Source of the DNA: an uncultured Gemmatimonadota bacterium
GTDB taxonomy: Bacteria > JAAXHH01
Length of the DNA stretch: 64,000 nt
NCBI GenBank assembly: GCA_951812955.1
Contig: OX638340.1
Span: 576,001 to 640,000, forward strand
Direction of reading: 5' to 3'
Positions within the stretch are counted from its first letter, which is position 1. The number at the start of each line of letters is the position of its first letter. Shown in pieces: positions 47,214 to 56,687 of this stretch. The translations under genes and the position numbers were made by a program. The notes below the pieces were generated by a model. It was given only the letters and a program-made list of their open reading frames with translations, did no database searches and was not told the origin of the DNA.

Positions 47214-48584
47214 TTATCTTCCCGCCTTGTCCCTGGCCAACGAAAGATCCCGGATCGTGGTCTCGAAAAGCGTATCCAGCGAGGACCTGACCGCGTCGAT
47301 CCTGAGACGCCGTATCAGGTCCGCCGCAAACCCGTAGGTGAGTAGACTGCATGCGCTGTCGTGTGACAGACCGCGGGTTCGCAGGTAGAAAATCTGGTCT
47401 TCGTCGAGCTGGCCCACGGTGGCGCCATGGGTGCATTTCACCTGGTCCGCGTAGATTTCGAGCTGCGGCTTGGTGTGTATCATCGCATCGGGCGACAGCA
47501 TCAGATTCTTGTTCAGTTGCTTGGCATCCGTTTCCTGGGCGTCCTGGTGGACGAACACTTTGCCGTTGAATACTCCGCGCGACCGGCCTTCAAGGATGCC
47601 CTTGTAAACCTCGTAGCTATCGCAGTTGGGTACGGCATGATCAATCGCGGTGTGATTGTCCACATGCTGATTTCCCGTAACCAGGAACAGTCCGTTCATG
47701 CGAACCACCGCGTGCTCGCCGTCAAGTCGGGCATTGGTGTCGTTGCGGGTCAACGCGCCGCCCATGCACATGTTGAAGGTTGAGATCCGGCCGTTCCCTT
47801 CCAGGTGCAGTTGTGTGGTGGAAAGGTGCGCGGCTCCGGCGCCTTCCCGGTTGATCCGGTAGTGATCCACGTTGCCGTCCCGGCCCACGGCGATCTCAGT
47901 CACCGCGTTGGTCAGGTAAGCCTGTTCGGTGAGCCCGGTATAGCTTTCGACCACTTTGAGGCTCGCGCCGTCGCCCGCCGCGATGAGCGTACGCGGCTGC
48001 GTGGCCAATGGCGTATCATGACCGGCGGTGACGTAGTGGACGTGCACGGGCGTTTCAAGGTGCCCGCCACGGGGTACATAAACGAACAGCCCATTCTCGA
48101 AGAGTGCCGAGTTCAAGGCCGTCAGGCCGGTTCGTTCAAACTCGGCATATCGTGCAAGGTGAGGACGAACCAACTCCGGGTGTTCGACCAGCGCTTCGGC
48201 AAGGGTGCTCACCACGGCGCCACCGGGCAGGCCGTCTACACGCGACAACGCGGGCGAGAACACACCGTTCACAAAAACCAGCCGGTGCCAGTCGTCCTGA
48301 CCGAATTCGTAAGGCGCAAGCGCGGCCTCATCGAGTCGAGCTTCTACCGGCCCTGCGTGATAGGATGTTTCCGCGATGCCTCGAAGATCGGTGTATACCC
48401 AGTCTTCCCTGAGCGGGAAGGCAATCTCACGTGCGACCGGCATCCCCAGTTCCCTGAAGTGCGCCATGGCATCCGAGCGAAGCCGGTGCAGCCACAACGG
48501 CGCGTCCTGGGACAGGACACGGTCGAAAGCATCATAGAACGTGGTGTAACGAGCCGTCTCTGCCTGTTTTATTGCTTCTGTCAT
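47214..48584 (-). CDS. sufD: Fe-S cluster assembly protein SufD
   Basis: C-terminal beta-helix region 'KPQLEIYADQVKCTHGATVGQLDEDQIFYLRTRG'. ATG 48584 sits just after the sufC stop. Confidence 0.85.
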   Translation of the reverse strand: MTEAIKQAETARYTTFYDAFDRVLSQDAPLWLHRLRSDAMAHFRELGMPVAREIAFPLREDWVYTDLRGIAETSYHAGPVEARLDEAALAPYEFGQDDWHRLVFVNGVFSPALSRVDGLPGGAVVSTLAEALVEHPELVRPHLARYAEFERTGLTALNSALFENGLFVYVPRGGHLETPVHVHYVTAGHDTPLATQPRTLIAAGDGASLKVVESYTGLTEQAYLTNAVTEIAVGRDGNVDHYRINREGAGAAHLSTTQLHLEGNGRISTFNMCMGGALTRNDTNARLDGEHAVVRMNGLFLVTGNQHVDNHTAIDHAVPNCDSYEVYKGILEGRSRGVFNGKVFVHQDAQETDAKQLNKNLMLSPDAMIHTKPQLEIYADQVKCTHGATVGQLDEDQIFYLRTRGLSHDSACSLLTYGFAADLIRRLRIDAVRSSLDTLFETTIRDLSLARDKAGR

Positions 48585-48612
48585 TTCGTGTTCCCGTTCT
48601 CCCTGTGATCGC

Positions 48613-49377
48613 TTAACCGGCTGCTTCCACTTCCTCCCGAATCCACTCGTAACCTCGTTCTTCCAGCTGGAGAGCGAGGTCTTTTTCACCAGACTTGACG
48701 ATCCGGCCCTCGTACATGACGTGCACGTAGTCCGGCACCACGTAATCCAGCAGTCGCTGGTAGTGGGTGATGACGATCATCGCATTGTCGGCTGATCGCT
48801 GCTGGTTGATCCCGCGCGCCACGATCCGCATGGCATCGATGTCCAGGCCGGAATCGGTCTCGTCCAGTATGGACAGAGTCGGCTCGAGCACGGCCATGTG
48901 GAAGATCTCGTTGCGTTTCTTCTCGCCGCCGGAGAAGTCCTCGTTCACCGGCCGCCTCGCCAGATCGGGGTCCATGTCGACCTGCTTCATCTTTTCGTTC
49001 ATCAACCGGCGGAACGCACCAGCGCTCATCTCCGACTCGCCCCGGTACTTCAGGCGCTCGTTCAGCGCGGCCCGCAGGAAGTAGGCATTGCTTACGCCGG
49101 GAATCTCGACGGGATACTGAAAGGCCAGGAACATGCCCTCGTTAGCCCGCTCCTCGGGTGTCAGCTCGAAGAGGTCCTTGCCATGGAACCGTACCGTGCC
49201 ACCGGTCTCCGCGTATTCCTCGTGGCCGGCCAGGATTTTGCCCAGGGTACTTTTGCCGGATCCGTTGGGACCCATGATCGCGTGCACCTCGCCCCGGTTG
49301 ACCGTCAGGTCGATCCCGTTTATGATGTCCAGGTCCTTGATGCCGCCGCGCAGATTTCTGATTTCCAGTAATGCCAT
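48613..49377 (-). CDS. sufC: Fe-S cluster assembly ATPase SufC
   Basis: Walker A 'GPNGSGKST'. Signature 'FSGGEKKRNEI'. Walker B 'ILDETDSGLD'. Confidence 0.95.
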   Translation of the reverse strand: MALLEIRNLRGGIKDLDIINGIDLTVNRGEVHAIMGPNGSGKSTLGKILAGHEEYAETGGTVRFHGKDLFELTPEERANEGMFLAFQYPVEIPGVSNAYFLRAALNERLKYRGESEMSAGAFRRLMNEKMKQVDMDPDLARRPVNEDFSGGEKKRNEIFHMAVLEPTLSILDETDSGLDIDAMRIVARGINQQRSADNAMIVITHYQRLLDYVVPDYVHVMYEGRIVKSGEKDLALQLEERGYEWIREEVEAAG

Positions 49378-49434
49378 GTTACGTTCCGTCTCCCGTTAAT
49401 GTATTGAACAGATTCCCGACTGCCGTCCGCTCCG

Positions 49435-50868
49435 TTAGCCTACGCTGCCTTCCAAGCTGATCCCCAGCAGCTTCTTCGCCTCCACGGCGAATTCCATGGG
49501 CAGTTCCTGAAACACTTCCTTGCAGAACCCGTTGATAATCATGGAAATGGCGTCTTCCGTGGATATGCCCCGGGTCTTGCAGTAGAATAACTGGTCTTCG
49601 CTGATCCGCGCCGTAGACGCTTCGTGTTCCACGCTCGCGGTGTTATTGCCCACGTCGATATAGGGGAAGGTGTGGGCACCGCAGCGGTCGCCGATGAGCA
49701 TCGAATCGCACTGGGTATAGTTCTTGGCTCCATCGGCCTTCTTCAGTACCTGGATCCGGCCCCGGTATACGTTCTGGCCGTTTCCGGCGGATATCCCTTT
49801 CGATACCACCGTGCTGCGCGTGTCCTTTCCCACGTGGATCATCTTGGTTCCCGTATCGGCCACCTGCTTGTTGCGGGTCAGCGCCACGGAATAGAACTCG
49901 CCGATCGAATGGTCGCCCTGCAGGATCACGCTGGGGTACTTCCAGGTGATGGCGGACCCCGTTTCCACCTGCGTCCAGGAGATCTTGGCGTTGTCCCCCT
50001 TGCAGATTCCGCGCTTGGTCACGAAGTTGTATACGCCGCCCTTTCCCTCTTCATTGCCGGGATACCAGTTCTGCACCGTGGAGTACTTGATCTGGGCGTC
50101 CTTCAGCGCAACCAGTTCCACGACGGCCGCGTGCAGTTGATTCTCGTCGCGCATCGGCGCGGTACAACCCTCGAGGTAGCTGACGTAGGAGCCCTCGTCG
50201 GCAATGATCAGCGTACGCTCGAATTGTCCCGTTCCGGCCGTGTTGATCCGGAAATAGGTGGACAGTTCCATGGGACACCGTACGCCGGGAGGGATGTAGC
50301 AGAAGGAACCGTCGCTGAAGACGGCCGAGTTCAGCGATGCAAAGTAGTTGTCCCTGTAGGGCACCACGGTACCCAGGTACTTCTCCACCAGGTCGGGATG
50401 TTCCTGCGCCGCTTCCGAGAAGGAACAGAAGATGATGCCCAGTTCTGCCAGCTTGTCCTTGAAGGTCGTGTGGACCGACACGCTGTCGAAAACCGCGTCC
50501 ACGGCCACGCCCGCTAGCATCTTCTGTTCCTCCAGCGGTATACCGAGCTTGTTGTAGGTTTCCAGCAGCTCGGGATCCACCTCGTCAAGGCTGTTGAATT
50601 CCGGCGTGTTCTTCGGCGCGGCGTAATAGACGATGTTCTGGTAATCGACCGGCGGATAGGCCATGTACTGCCAGTTGGGCTCCTTCATCTTGAGCCAGTG
50701 GCGATACGCCTTCAGACGCCATTCCAGCAGGAACCCGGGCTCATTCTTCTTTGCGGATATGAACCGGACTATATCCTCGTTGAGTCCCGGCGGCGCCGTT
50801 TCCATCTCGATATCGGTAACCCAGCCTTCTTTGTATTCCTGTTGGGCCAGGGTCTCAATGGCTTCCAT
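49435..50868 (-). CDS. sufB: Fe-S cluster assembly scaffold SufB
   Basis: Highly conserved SufB sequence, e.g. '[10 protein letters not shown]', '[18 protein letters not shown]', '[21 protein letters not shown]'. Confidence 0.95.
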   Translation of the reverse strand: MEAIETLAQQEYKEGWVTDIEMETAPPGLNEDIVRFISAKKNEPGFLLEWRLKAYRHWLKMKEPNWQYMAYPPVDYQNIVYYAAPKNTPEFNSLDEVDPELLETYNKLGIPLEEQKMLAGVAVDAVFDSVSVHTTFKDKLAELGIIFCSFSEAAQEHPDLVEKYLGTVVPYRDNYFASLNSAVFSDGSFCYIPPGVRCPMELSTYFRINTAGTGQFERTLIIADEGSYVSYLEGCTAPMRDENQLHAAVVELVALKDAQIKYSTVQNWYPGNEEGKGGVYNFVTKRGICKGDNAKISWTQVETGSAITWKYPSVILQGDHSIGEFYSVALTRNKQVADTGTKMIHVGKDTRSTVVSKGISAGNGQNVYRGRIQVLKKADGAKNYTQCDSMLIGDRCGAHTFPYIDVGNNTASVEHEASTARISEDQLFYCKTRGISTEDAISMIINGFCKEVFQELPMEFAVEAKKLLGISLEGSVG

Positions 50869-50901
50869 TTTCTCTCCTTGAAACGAATGTAACCCGCCGC
50901 G

Positions 50902-51420
50902 CTAGCGGCCTATCTTGATCGTACTGCCCATCGCCTGGTCCCGCGAGGTATCCTGGGAGACCTGCTCCACCACCTCGAGTACCTGGAATTCCGTCTGCAG
51001 CAGGTCCGACAGGGATATGTGATCGAGCACACCGGACAGGTACCGGGCCAGCACCGTCCAGACGGGACGGATGGCGCATGCGTTCAGGTGCGTGCACGCT
51101 TCCAGGTGACCGGAGAAATGTTCGCACATGTGGCTGTCCGGGCTGGTGAGCACAACCCCGTCTTCCGAACTCAGGGCGCGCATGACTTCGCCCAGCGAAA
51201 TGGTGTGCGGTTCCTTCTCCAGTGCGTAGCCACCCCTGATACCCCTTACGCTTCGTACAAGACCTGACCGCCTGAGGATCATCAGCAGTTTCGAGACGTA
51301 GTCCAGGGAAATGCCTTCCGATTCTGCGATTTGACGGCCCGTGACCGGGTCACGGGAATGGTGCCGTGCCAGCTGCAGAATGCAACGAAGGCCATATTCT
51401 TCCTGGGCGGTCACTTTCAT
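50902..51420 (-). CDS. Rrf2 family transcriptional regulator (IscR/SufR-like), first gene of the suf operon
   Basis: wHTH 'EEYGLRCILQLARH...ISLDYVSKLLMILRRSGLVRSVRGIRGGY'. Cys residues 'MCEHFSGHLEACTHLNAC' are candidate cluster ligands. Confidence 0.85.
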   Translation of the reverse strand: MKVTAQEEYGLRCILQLARHHSRDPVTGRQIAESEGISLDYVSKLLMILRRSGLVRSVRGIRGGYALEKEPHTISLGEVMRALSSEDGVVLTSPDSHMCEHFSGHLEACTHLNACAIRPVWTVLARYLSGVLDHISLSDLLQTEFQVLEVVEQVSQDTSRDQAMGSTIKIGR

Positions 51421-51457
51421 GCCTTTGTCTCCTCTTTCCGTTCAATTTGCCTAACTG

Positions 51458-51485
51458 AATATAGCAAACCGGACTTTTATGTCAA
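51458..51485 (-). promoter_or_regulatory. putative sigma70-type promoter of the Rrf2-suf operon
   Basis: On the minus strand: TTGACA (51485-51480), 16-nt spacer, TATATT (51463-51458). This lies 37 nt upstream of the ATG, and AGAGGAGA lies between. Motif match only. Confidence 0.45.
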
Positions 51486-51675
51486 GTATTAAATCCGCAG
51501 CAGTCGGCTGGGTATCCCGTGCGTGATTTGCCTGTAACGTGTGACGACGAAGCCGGATCTGCAACGGCATGCGGAATGACCTGTTCTATCTCCTTGACAT
51601 GGGGGACATCAGAAGTTACCGTCGATCCCAATCCACTTTAATCCCACTAAGCTACTAAAAGGACATTCTCATCAA

Positions 51676-52758
51676 ATGCCCAAGAAACTGGATGTACGCA
51701 TGATACCCGGCACCCGTTCCGTCGACGCGCTGACTGGCGAAGGCTATTTCCCTGTCATCACCTGTCTGGGTGGCAATGAACTGCTCCTGGCCTACCGGGC
51801 CGGCGCAGCGCACATGGGCCTGGGCGGCCGGCTGGACGTGAGACGGTCGGTCGACGGGGGCCTTAACTGGACTGCGCCTGTGACCGTGGCCGACAGCGAA
51901 AGGGACGACCGTAACCCCGCGCTGGGTCTGGCGCCGGACGGTACGCTTGTACTGGCCTATCACTGGCAGGGGTCCTACGATGACGAAGGCGCATGGAAAC
52001 TGGAATTGGGCAGGGCCGATACTCGGGTCGTATTCTCCGAGGATGGCGGCCATACCTGGACCGGTGACGAGCTCATCGATTTCACTCCGATCAACGGCGC
52101 CTCGCCCTTCGGCAAGATCTTCACGGTAGACGGCGTCATGCACATGCTGATCTATGGCGGTTCGCCCTGCTGCGAGGCCGGATCTGGAACGGTCAGGGTC
52201 GGGCCGGCTTCGACGCCGACGTACATCCTCAGATCCAGGGACAACGGGCGATCCTGGGGGGATCCCACGCTGGTCGCACTGGGACTCAACGAATCGGACG
52301 CAGCCATCCTACCCGACGGCCGCTGGCTCTTCGTCGCCCGTTCCGAGGACCGCGCCGAACAGGCGCTTTATGCCTGCGTTTCTGAGGACGGCGGGTACAC
52401 ATGGCGCAACGTGGGACGGGTCACGGACGCAAAGGAACATCCGCCGGACATCACCCTGATGTCCAACGGATGGCTGCTGCTGCTCTTCGGGCGACGGCAT
52501 CCTCCCTTCGGCGTGGAGGGCCTGATCAGCCGGGACGGCGGGATGACCTGGGATGATCGAAGACTGGTTCTGGACGACTCCCTGCCCGGCGGCGACATCG
52601 GTTATCCCTCCACTGCCCGCCTCGAAGACGGTCGTCTGGTTACCGCCTATTACACCGCGGGAACAGCGGAGAGAAAGTGGGAGATGTTCCGTGCCGCAGA
52701 CGTAGCATGCAAGGTCGTGTCTTACGACGAGTCCAGCCTTATTGATCACTGGAGCTAA
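51676..52758 (+). CDS. BNR/Asp-box repeat (sialidase-fold) protein, no signal peptide
   Basis: Five Asp-boxes: 'SVDGGLNW', 'SEDGGHTW', 'SRDNGRSW', 'SEDGGYTW', 'SRDGGMTW'. Confidence 0.75.
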   Translation: MPKKLDVRMIPGTRSVDALTGEGYFPVITCLGGNELLLAYRAGAAHMGLGGRLDVRRSVDGGLNWTAPVTVADSERDDRNPALGLAPDGTLVLAYHWQGSYDDEGAWKLELGRADTRVVFSEDGGHTWTGDELIDFTPINGASPFGKIFTVDGVMHMLIYGGSPCCEAGSGTVRVGPASTPTYILRSRDNGRSWGDPTLVALGLNESDAAILPDGRWLFVARSEDRAEQALYACVSEDGGYTWRNVGRVTDAKEHPPDITLMSNGWLLLLFGRRHPPFGVEGLISRDGGMTWDDRRLVLDDSLPGGDIGYPSTARLEDGRLVTAYYTAGTAERKWEMFRAADVACKVVSYDESSLIDHWS

Positions 52759-52806
52759 ATATCGTAATGCGCTGTCCAAGAGCAGGTTACGTATCAGGAA
52801 CCTTGT

Positions 52807-53937
52807 GTGAGACTCGTTGATTCCGGTGAAATCCGCGACGGCCGTGCCATCCCGGATCACCGCAGGAACTGCGCCTTCACCACCATCAACAGGCTGAACG
52901 ACGGCACGATCCTCGTTTCAGGCCGGTGGGGAACGGCGCGGGATTCGGTGGACGGGCACGCCTGCATCTGGGCCACGTCGGACACCGGCCGTACCTGGCG
53001 CCTTCGATATGACGGAAACGGGAAGGGGACTTGGGACGGAACAGCGGGTGAAGTCAAGGGACTGACGAGTACGGAGCTGTCCCCAGGCACGCTCACGGCG
53101 ACGGCCCTGTGGGTCGACCGTTCCAATCCGGATCTTCCTTTCATCCATCCGGAAACGCAGGGCCTGCTGCCCATGCGCATCATGCACGTCGACTCGGGGG
53201 ACGGTGGCCGCACATGGGGTCCGCCGCGCCGAATGGACACAACGCCCCACCTCGCCGCTTCCCCCTGTTCACACCATATCATCCGGTTGTCCGGCGGTAC
53301 CCTTGTCCAGCCCTACGAACAGTGGAAGGAATACGGGGACACGTCGCCGGGCCGGCCCGCCGCGAGGCTGCGGTTATCACGGGACGGTGGGCGTAGCTGG
53401 CCGGATTTCGTCACCGTGGCCCGGCATCCGGACAACAAGCTCGCCTACTGGGACCAGCGGCTGGCTGTCCATCCCGTTGACGGCCGCCTGGCCGCCACCT
53501 TCTGGACCCACGATTTCGATGCGGGCGTCGACATCGACATCCATATCGCCTACGGGTCGCCGGACGGCCGTGCGTGGACGATCCCCCGCGGCACCGGACT
53601 TCCCGGCCAGCACTGCCAGCCCCTCGCCCTTGGTGGGGATCGCCTGCTGGCCGCTTATCCGCGACGCGGGGATCCTCCCGGCATCGTGCTTTCCATCAGC
53701 GAGGATTTCGGCGAAAGCTGGGACCGGAGCCGGGATCTCCTAGTCTACGACAGCATCGCCGGCAATGAGTCCGGATCCCGCGGCAGCCGTACGCAGTCCG
53801 AATTGTGGGGTGACATGGAGCGCTGGCGCTTCGGACATCCCCGGATGGTGCGATTGCCGGACGACGAGGTGTTCGTCGTCTACTACGCGGGAGATGATGC
53901 CGTCAAGACCGCGCGGTGGGCGAGGGTCCGCGTTTAG
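52807..53937 (+). CDS. BNR/Asp-box repeat (sialidase-fold) protein, no signal peptide
   Basis: Asp-boxes 'SDTGRTW', 'SGDGGRTW', 'SRDGGRSW', 'SPDGRAW', 'SEDFGESW'. GTG start with AGGAA 6 nt upstream. Confidence 0.7.
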   Translation: MRLVDSGEIRDGRAIPDHRRNCAFTTINRLNDGTILVSGRWGTARDSVDGHACIWATSDTGRTWRLRYDGNGKGTWDGTAGEVKGLTSTELSPGTLTATALWVDRSNPDLPFIHPETQGLLPMRIMHVDSGDGGRTWGPPRRMDTTPHLAASPCSHHIIRLSGGTLVQPYEQWKEYGDTSPGRPAARLRLSRDGGRSWPDFVTVARHPDNKLAYWDQRLAVHPVDGRLAATFWTHDFDAGVDIDIHIAYGSPDGRAWTIPRGTGLPGQHCQPLALGGDRLLAAYPRRGDPPGIVLSISEDFGESWDRSRDLLVYDSIAGNESGSRGSRTQSELWGDMERWRFGHPRMVRLPDDEVFVVYYAGDDAVKTARWARVRV

Positions 53938-54072
53938 CCCGGCTTCGACACTGTCTGCAGGGCAGTGCCGCTGAGGATACGGTCCGACGATCAGTGCAGC
54001 GCCTGGGGTGAACGACTCTGGCTCAGCCTCGCACATCCCGCCAGAGCCGCGCTTGCGGCGTTCGATCCGGGC

Positions 54073-55263
54073 TCAGCCCCTCACATCCCGCCAGGGACGA
54101 ACCATAATCCGCTCGAAACCTGCCGGATCGATGTCCACGCCGAGTCCCGGGCCCGGTGGTACCGCCACGCAGCCGTCCTCATCCAACACAAAAGGCTCGG
54201 CGAAATAACCCTTGCCGATGAACGTCCGCCCATCCTCGCGCCAGCAATTCACTTCATTGTGTTCCTGGACCAGGAAGTTCGACGCGCAGGCGTCGATCTG
54301 AATGGATGCGGCGAGGGCCAGCGGGCTTAAGGGGCAGTGCAGGGCGAGTTTCGCATAGGCGCTTTCACCCATCACCGCGATCTTGTGACACTCGGTGATG
54401 CCGCCGGCGTGGCACAGGTCCGGCTGCATCACGGACAGGGCGTTCTTGCGCAGGGCGTCGTAGAAGATCCACTTGCCCATCCAACGTTCGCCGGCTGCGA
54501 TAGGGATTTCGCTGTTGCGCGCGATGTCCGCGAGCACGTCGACCCGTTCCACGGGCATGGGTTCCTCGATGAACAGGGGCCGGTGCGGCGTCAGGGCCGA
54601 TATCATCTGTTTGGCCATCACGGGGTGTGGATTATGGATATCCACGGCCACTTCCACATCGGGCCCGGCGCCCCTGCGCACGGCGGCGAAGGCTTCGGCG
54701 ATCCGCTCCACCTCCGAGGTGGGTTCCAGTCCGGTGCCCATGCCCACGTGCAGCTTCATGCACCGGAAGCCCCACTCCTCGACAATGACCCTGGCCGCCT
54801 CCTCATGCGCCCCGGGAAAATCCACGTCCGGGTCATACGAAGGATGATAACCCGCGTCGTAGGGCTGCCCGGGTTCCACGTACCAGGGCAGTTGTCCCCC
54901 CACAGCGCGGTACATGCGTATCCGGTCGCGGCAGGCTCCGCCAAGCATGGCATGGACCGGAAGCCCTGCGGCTTTGCCGGCAAGGTCCCAGAGCGCCATG
55001 TCGATTCCGCTGATCGCGCTCATCTTCACCGGTCCGCCGACATATCCCGAACCGCCCTCGTACATGGTATGCCAGAGCGACTCGACGCGGCAGGGGTCTT
55101 TCCCGACAAGCAACGGCTCCAGGCGCCGCACCTCGGCGATGACGCTTTCCGGGTGGTTTTCCAGGTAGGGTTCGCCCCAGCCGAACAGTTCGGTGTCCGT
55201 GTGGATCTTCAGCCATACCCAACTCGGCGGAACGCGCAGGATTTCGAAGTGAGTGATTCGCAT
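54073..55263 (-). CDS. enolase-superfamily (mandelate racemase/muconate lactonizing) sugar-acid dehydratase, galactonate-dehydratase-like
   Basis: N-terminus 'MRITHFEILRVPPSWVWLKIHTDTELFGWGEP' parallels the DgoD pattern. Metal ligands in 'VAVDIHN', 'LFIEEP', 'AAGERW'. 'QPDLCHAGG'. Confidence 0.8.
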   Translation of the reverse strand: MRITHFEILRVPPSWVWLKIHTDTELFGWGEPYLENHPESVIAEVRRLEPLLVGKDPCRVESLWHTMYEGGSGYVGGPVKMSAISGIDMALWDLAGKAAGLPVHAMLGGACRDRIRMYRAVGGQLPWYVEPGQPYDAGYHPSYDPDVDFPGAHEEAARVIVEEWGFRCMKLHVGMGTGLEPTSEVERIAEAFAAVRRGAGPDVEVAVDIHNPHPVMAKQMISALTPHRPLFIEEPMPVERVDVLADIARNSEIPIAAGERWMGKWIFYDALRKNALSVMQPDLCHAGGITECHKIAVMGESAYAKLALHCPLSPLALAASIQIDACASNFLVQEHNEVNCWREDGRTFIGKGYFAEPFVLDEDGCVAVPPGPGLGVDIDPAGFERIMVRPWRDVRG

Positions 55264-55340
55264 GCTCGGCTTTGCTCCCTGTTCTTGATGGCATCATGTT
55301 CTGACGGTATCACAAATCGTGCAATGGCCAGGACGCCTAC

Positions 55341-56318
55341 CTATCGGCCATAGACCGTCTGGATCATCGCACGGATGTAGCCGTTCGCGTAGGCCTTGCC
55401 TGCCGGACCAGCCATTGATTGGGGGAAGCCCGGTGTGTGGTCCATGCCGAAGGGGCCGCTGTACCCGTTATCGCGGTAGGTTTCCATGGCCCGGCGCATA
55501 TCCACTTCGCCCTCGTCGATGAAAACCTCCGCGAACCTCGGCAGCCGGCCTCTGACGTTCCGGAAATGGACCAGGGCGATCTTTTTCCGGGAGGCCATCT
55601 CGGCGATGATATGGTAGACGTCCTGTGGACCCGCCAGTTCGGTCATGCAACCCTGGCAGAAGAGCATCCTGTGATATGCGCTGGGTACCGCGTCGAAAAT
55701 CCGGCGGAAATGCTCCACCGTGGAGCAGATCTGCGCGACGCCGCCCAGAGGCTCCGGTATGGGCGGGTCGTCCGGGTGGAGCGCCAGGTTTACCCCGGCC
55801 TTTTCGGCCGCCGGGACCGCGGCGCGCATGAAGGCGACCATGTTGTCCCACATCACCTCGGCCGAGACGGGCGGCTCGTGGGGCTGCGGGCGGCTCCGGT
55901 CGAATTCGGCATAATCGAAGGTACTGTACACCGCGCCGCCGCGGCCGATGTCGGAAATGGTGCGGAAGTTGCCCATGGGCTTGAAATTCCAGGCCAGGGT
56001 CGGTATCCCTGCCTTGCCCAGGCATTCGATAAGCCGGACGAAAGCGCCCAGTTCTTCGTCCCGTTCCGCCGTGGCCAGCGTGATCCCCTCCAGGACCGGC
56101 ATGAAGACGGTCTGCAGTTTCAGCCCATGGGACTCGGTCTTTTCCCGGGCCTGTTCGAAAAGCTCGGTACTGTCTTTGCCCGCACGAACGTGCCGTTCCG
56201 CTTCGACCTTCCCTCCGGTCCTCAGGTCCAGCTGGATCATGTCCACGCTGATCGCGCGATAGAAACTAAGGGTCTCGTCGTTGAAATCGGACCAGTTTAC
56301 GACATCATGCAGGTACAT
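55341..56318 (-). CDS. uxuA: mannonate dehydratase (UxuA) family protein
   Basis: 'LALHPDDPPIPEPLGGV', 'LVHFRNVRG', 'GEVDMRRAMETY', 'PFGMDHTPG' parallel E. coli UxuA 'MAVHPDDPPRPILGLP', 'THLRS', 'GDVDMYEVV', 'PMRPDHGH'. GGAGG SD. Confidence 0.7.
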   Translation of the reverse strand: MYLHDVVNWSDFNDETLSFYRAISVDMIQLDLRTGGKVEAERHVRAGKDSTELFEQAREKTESHGLKLQTVFMPVLEGITLATAERDEELGAFVRLIECLGKAGIPTLAWNFKPMGNFRTISDIGRGGAVYSTFDYAEFDRSRPQPHEPPVSAEVMWDNMVAFMRAAVPAAEKAGVNLALHPDDPPIPEPLGGVAQICSTVEHFRRIFDAVPSAYHRMLFCQGCMTELAGPQDVYHIIAEMASRKKIALVHFRNVRGRLPRFAEVFIDEGEVDMRRAMETYRDNGYSGPFGMDHTPGFPQSMAGPAGKAYANGYIRAMIQTVYGR

Positions 56319-56380
56319 CGATCGCCTCCAATGCTGGCGCTACGGGTTGGACGACTTCCGCTTCGACCTGACCTACGGGA

Positions 56381-56428
56381 TGGTGATCTGGTGATCTGGT
56401 GATCTGGTGATCTGGTGATCTGGTGATA
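56381..56428. repeat. octanucleotide tandem repeat (TGGTGATC)x5 + TGGTGATA
   Basis: Read directly. Perfect 8-bp phasing from 56381. Creates five GATC sites 8 bp apart. Lies 63-110 bp upstream of the uxuA-like start codon. Confidence 0.95.
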
Positions 56429-56534
56429 AGATAACCCCCCGGGCCAGTGCAGCAATTCGAAAATCGATCAGACACCACGTATATCCATATTGGGCTAACG
56501 CAAAGCGGAATCATGTATTATAATCGGTAGTCCG

Positions 56535-56619
56535 GCGCACCCGTAGGCATAGCGCATCCATAGGCTAAGCGCATCCGTAGACTGAGCGCATCCGTAAGCC
56601 GGCGCATCCGAATATCGCG
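56535..56619. repeat. five phased 17-bp tandem repeats, core GCGCAYCCRTARR
   Basis: 'GCGCA' recurs at 56535, 56552, 56569, 56586 and 56603, exactly 17 bp apart. Units: gcgcacccgtaggcata / gcgcatccataggctaa / gcgcatccgtagactga / gcgcatccgtaagccgg / gcgcatccgaatatcgc. Confidence 0.95.
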
Positions 56620-56687
56620 TACGGAAACACGGAGTCAATCCCATCCCATTTCAATCTCGGCAGGCAAACGACACAGGAGCCCTTCCA

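Noticed and set aside
56305-56514. 69-aa minus-strand ORF containing 'ITRSPDHQITRSPDH'
   Set aside because: The internal peptide repeat is just the translation of the 8-bp tandem repeat, which comes back into frame every 24 bp. There is no SD and it overlaps the uxuA-like start. I treat it as non-coding.
56381-56619. Could the two repeat arrays be a CRISPR array?
   Set aside because: The units are 8 bp and 17 bp and directly abut with no spacers. There are no cas genes in the window. They are plain tandem repeats.
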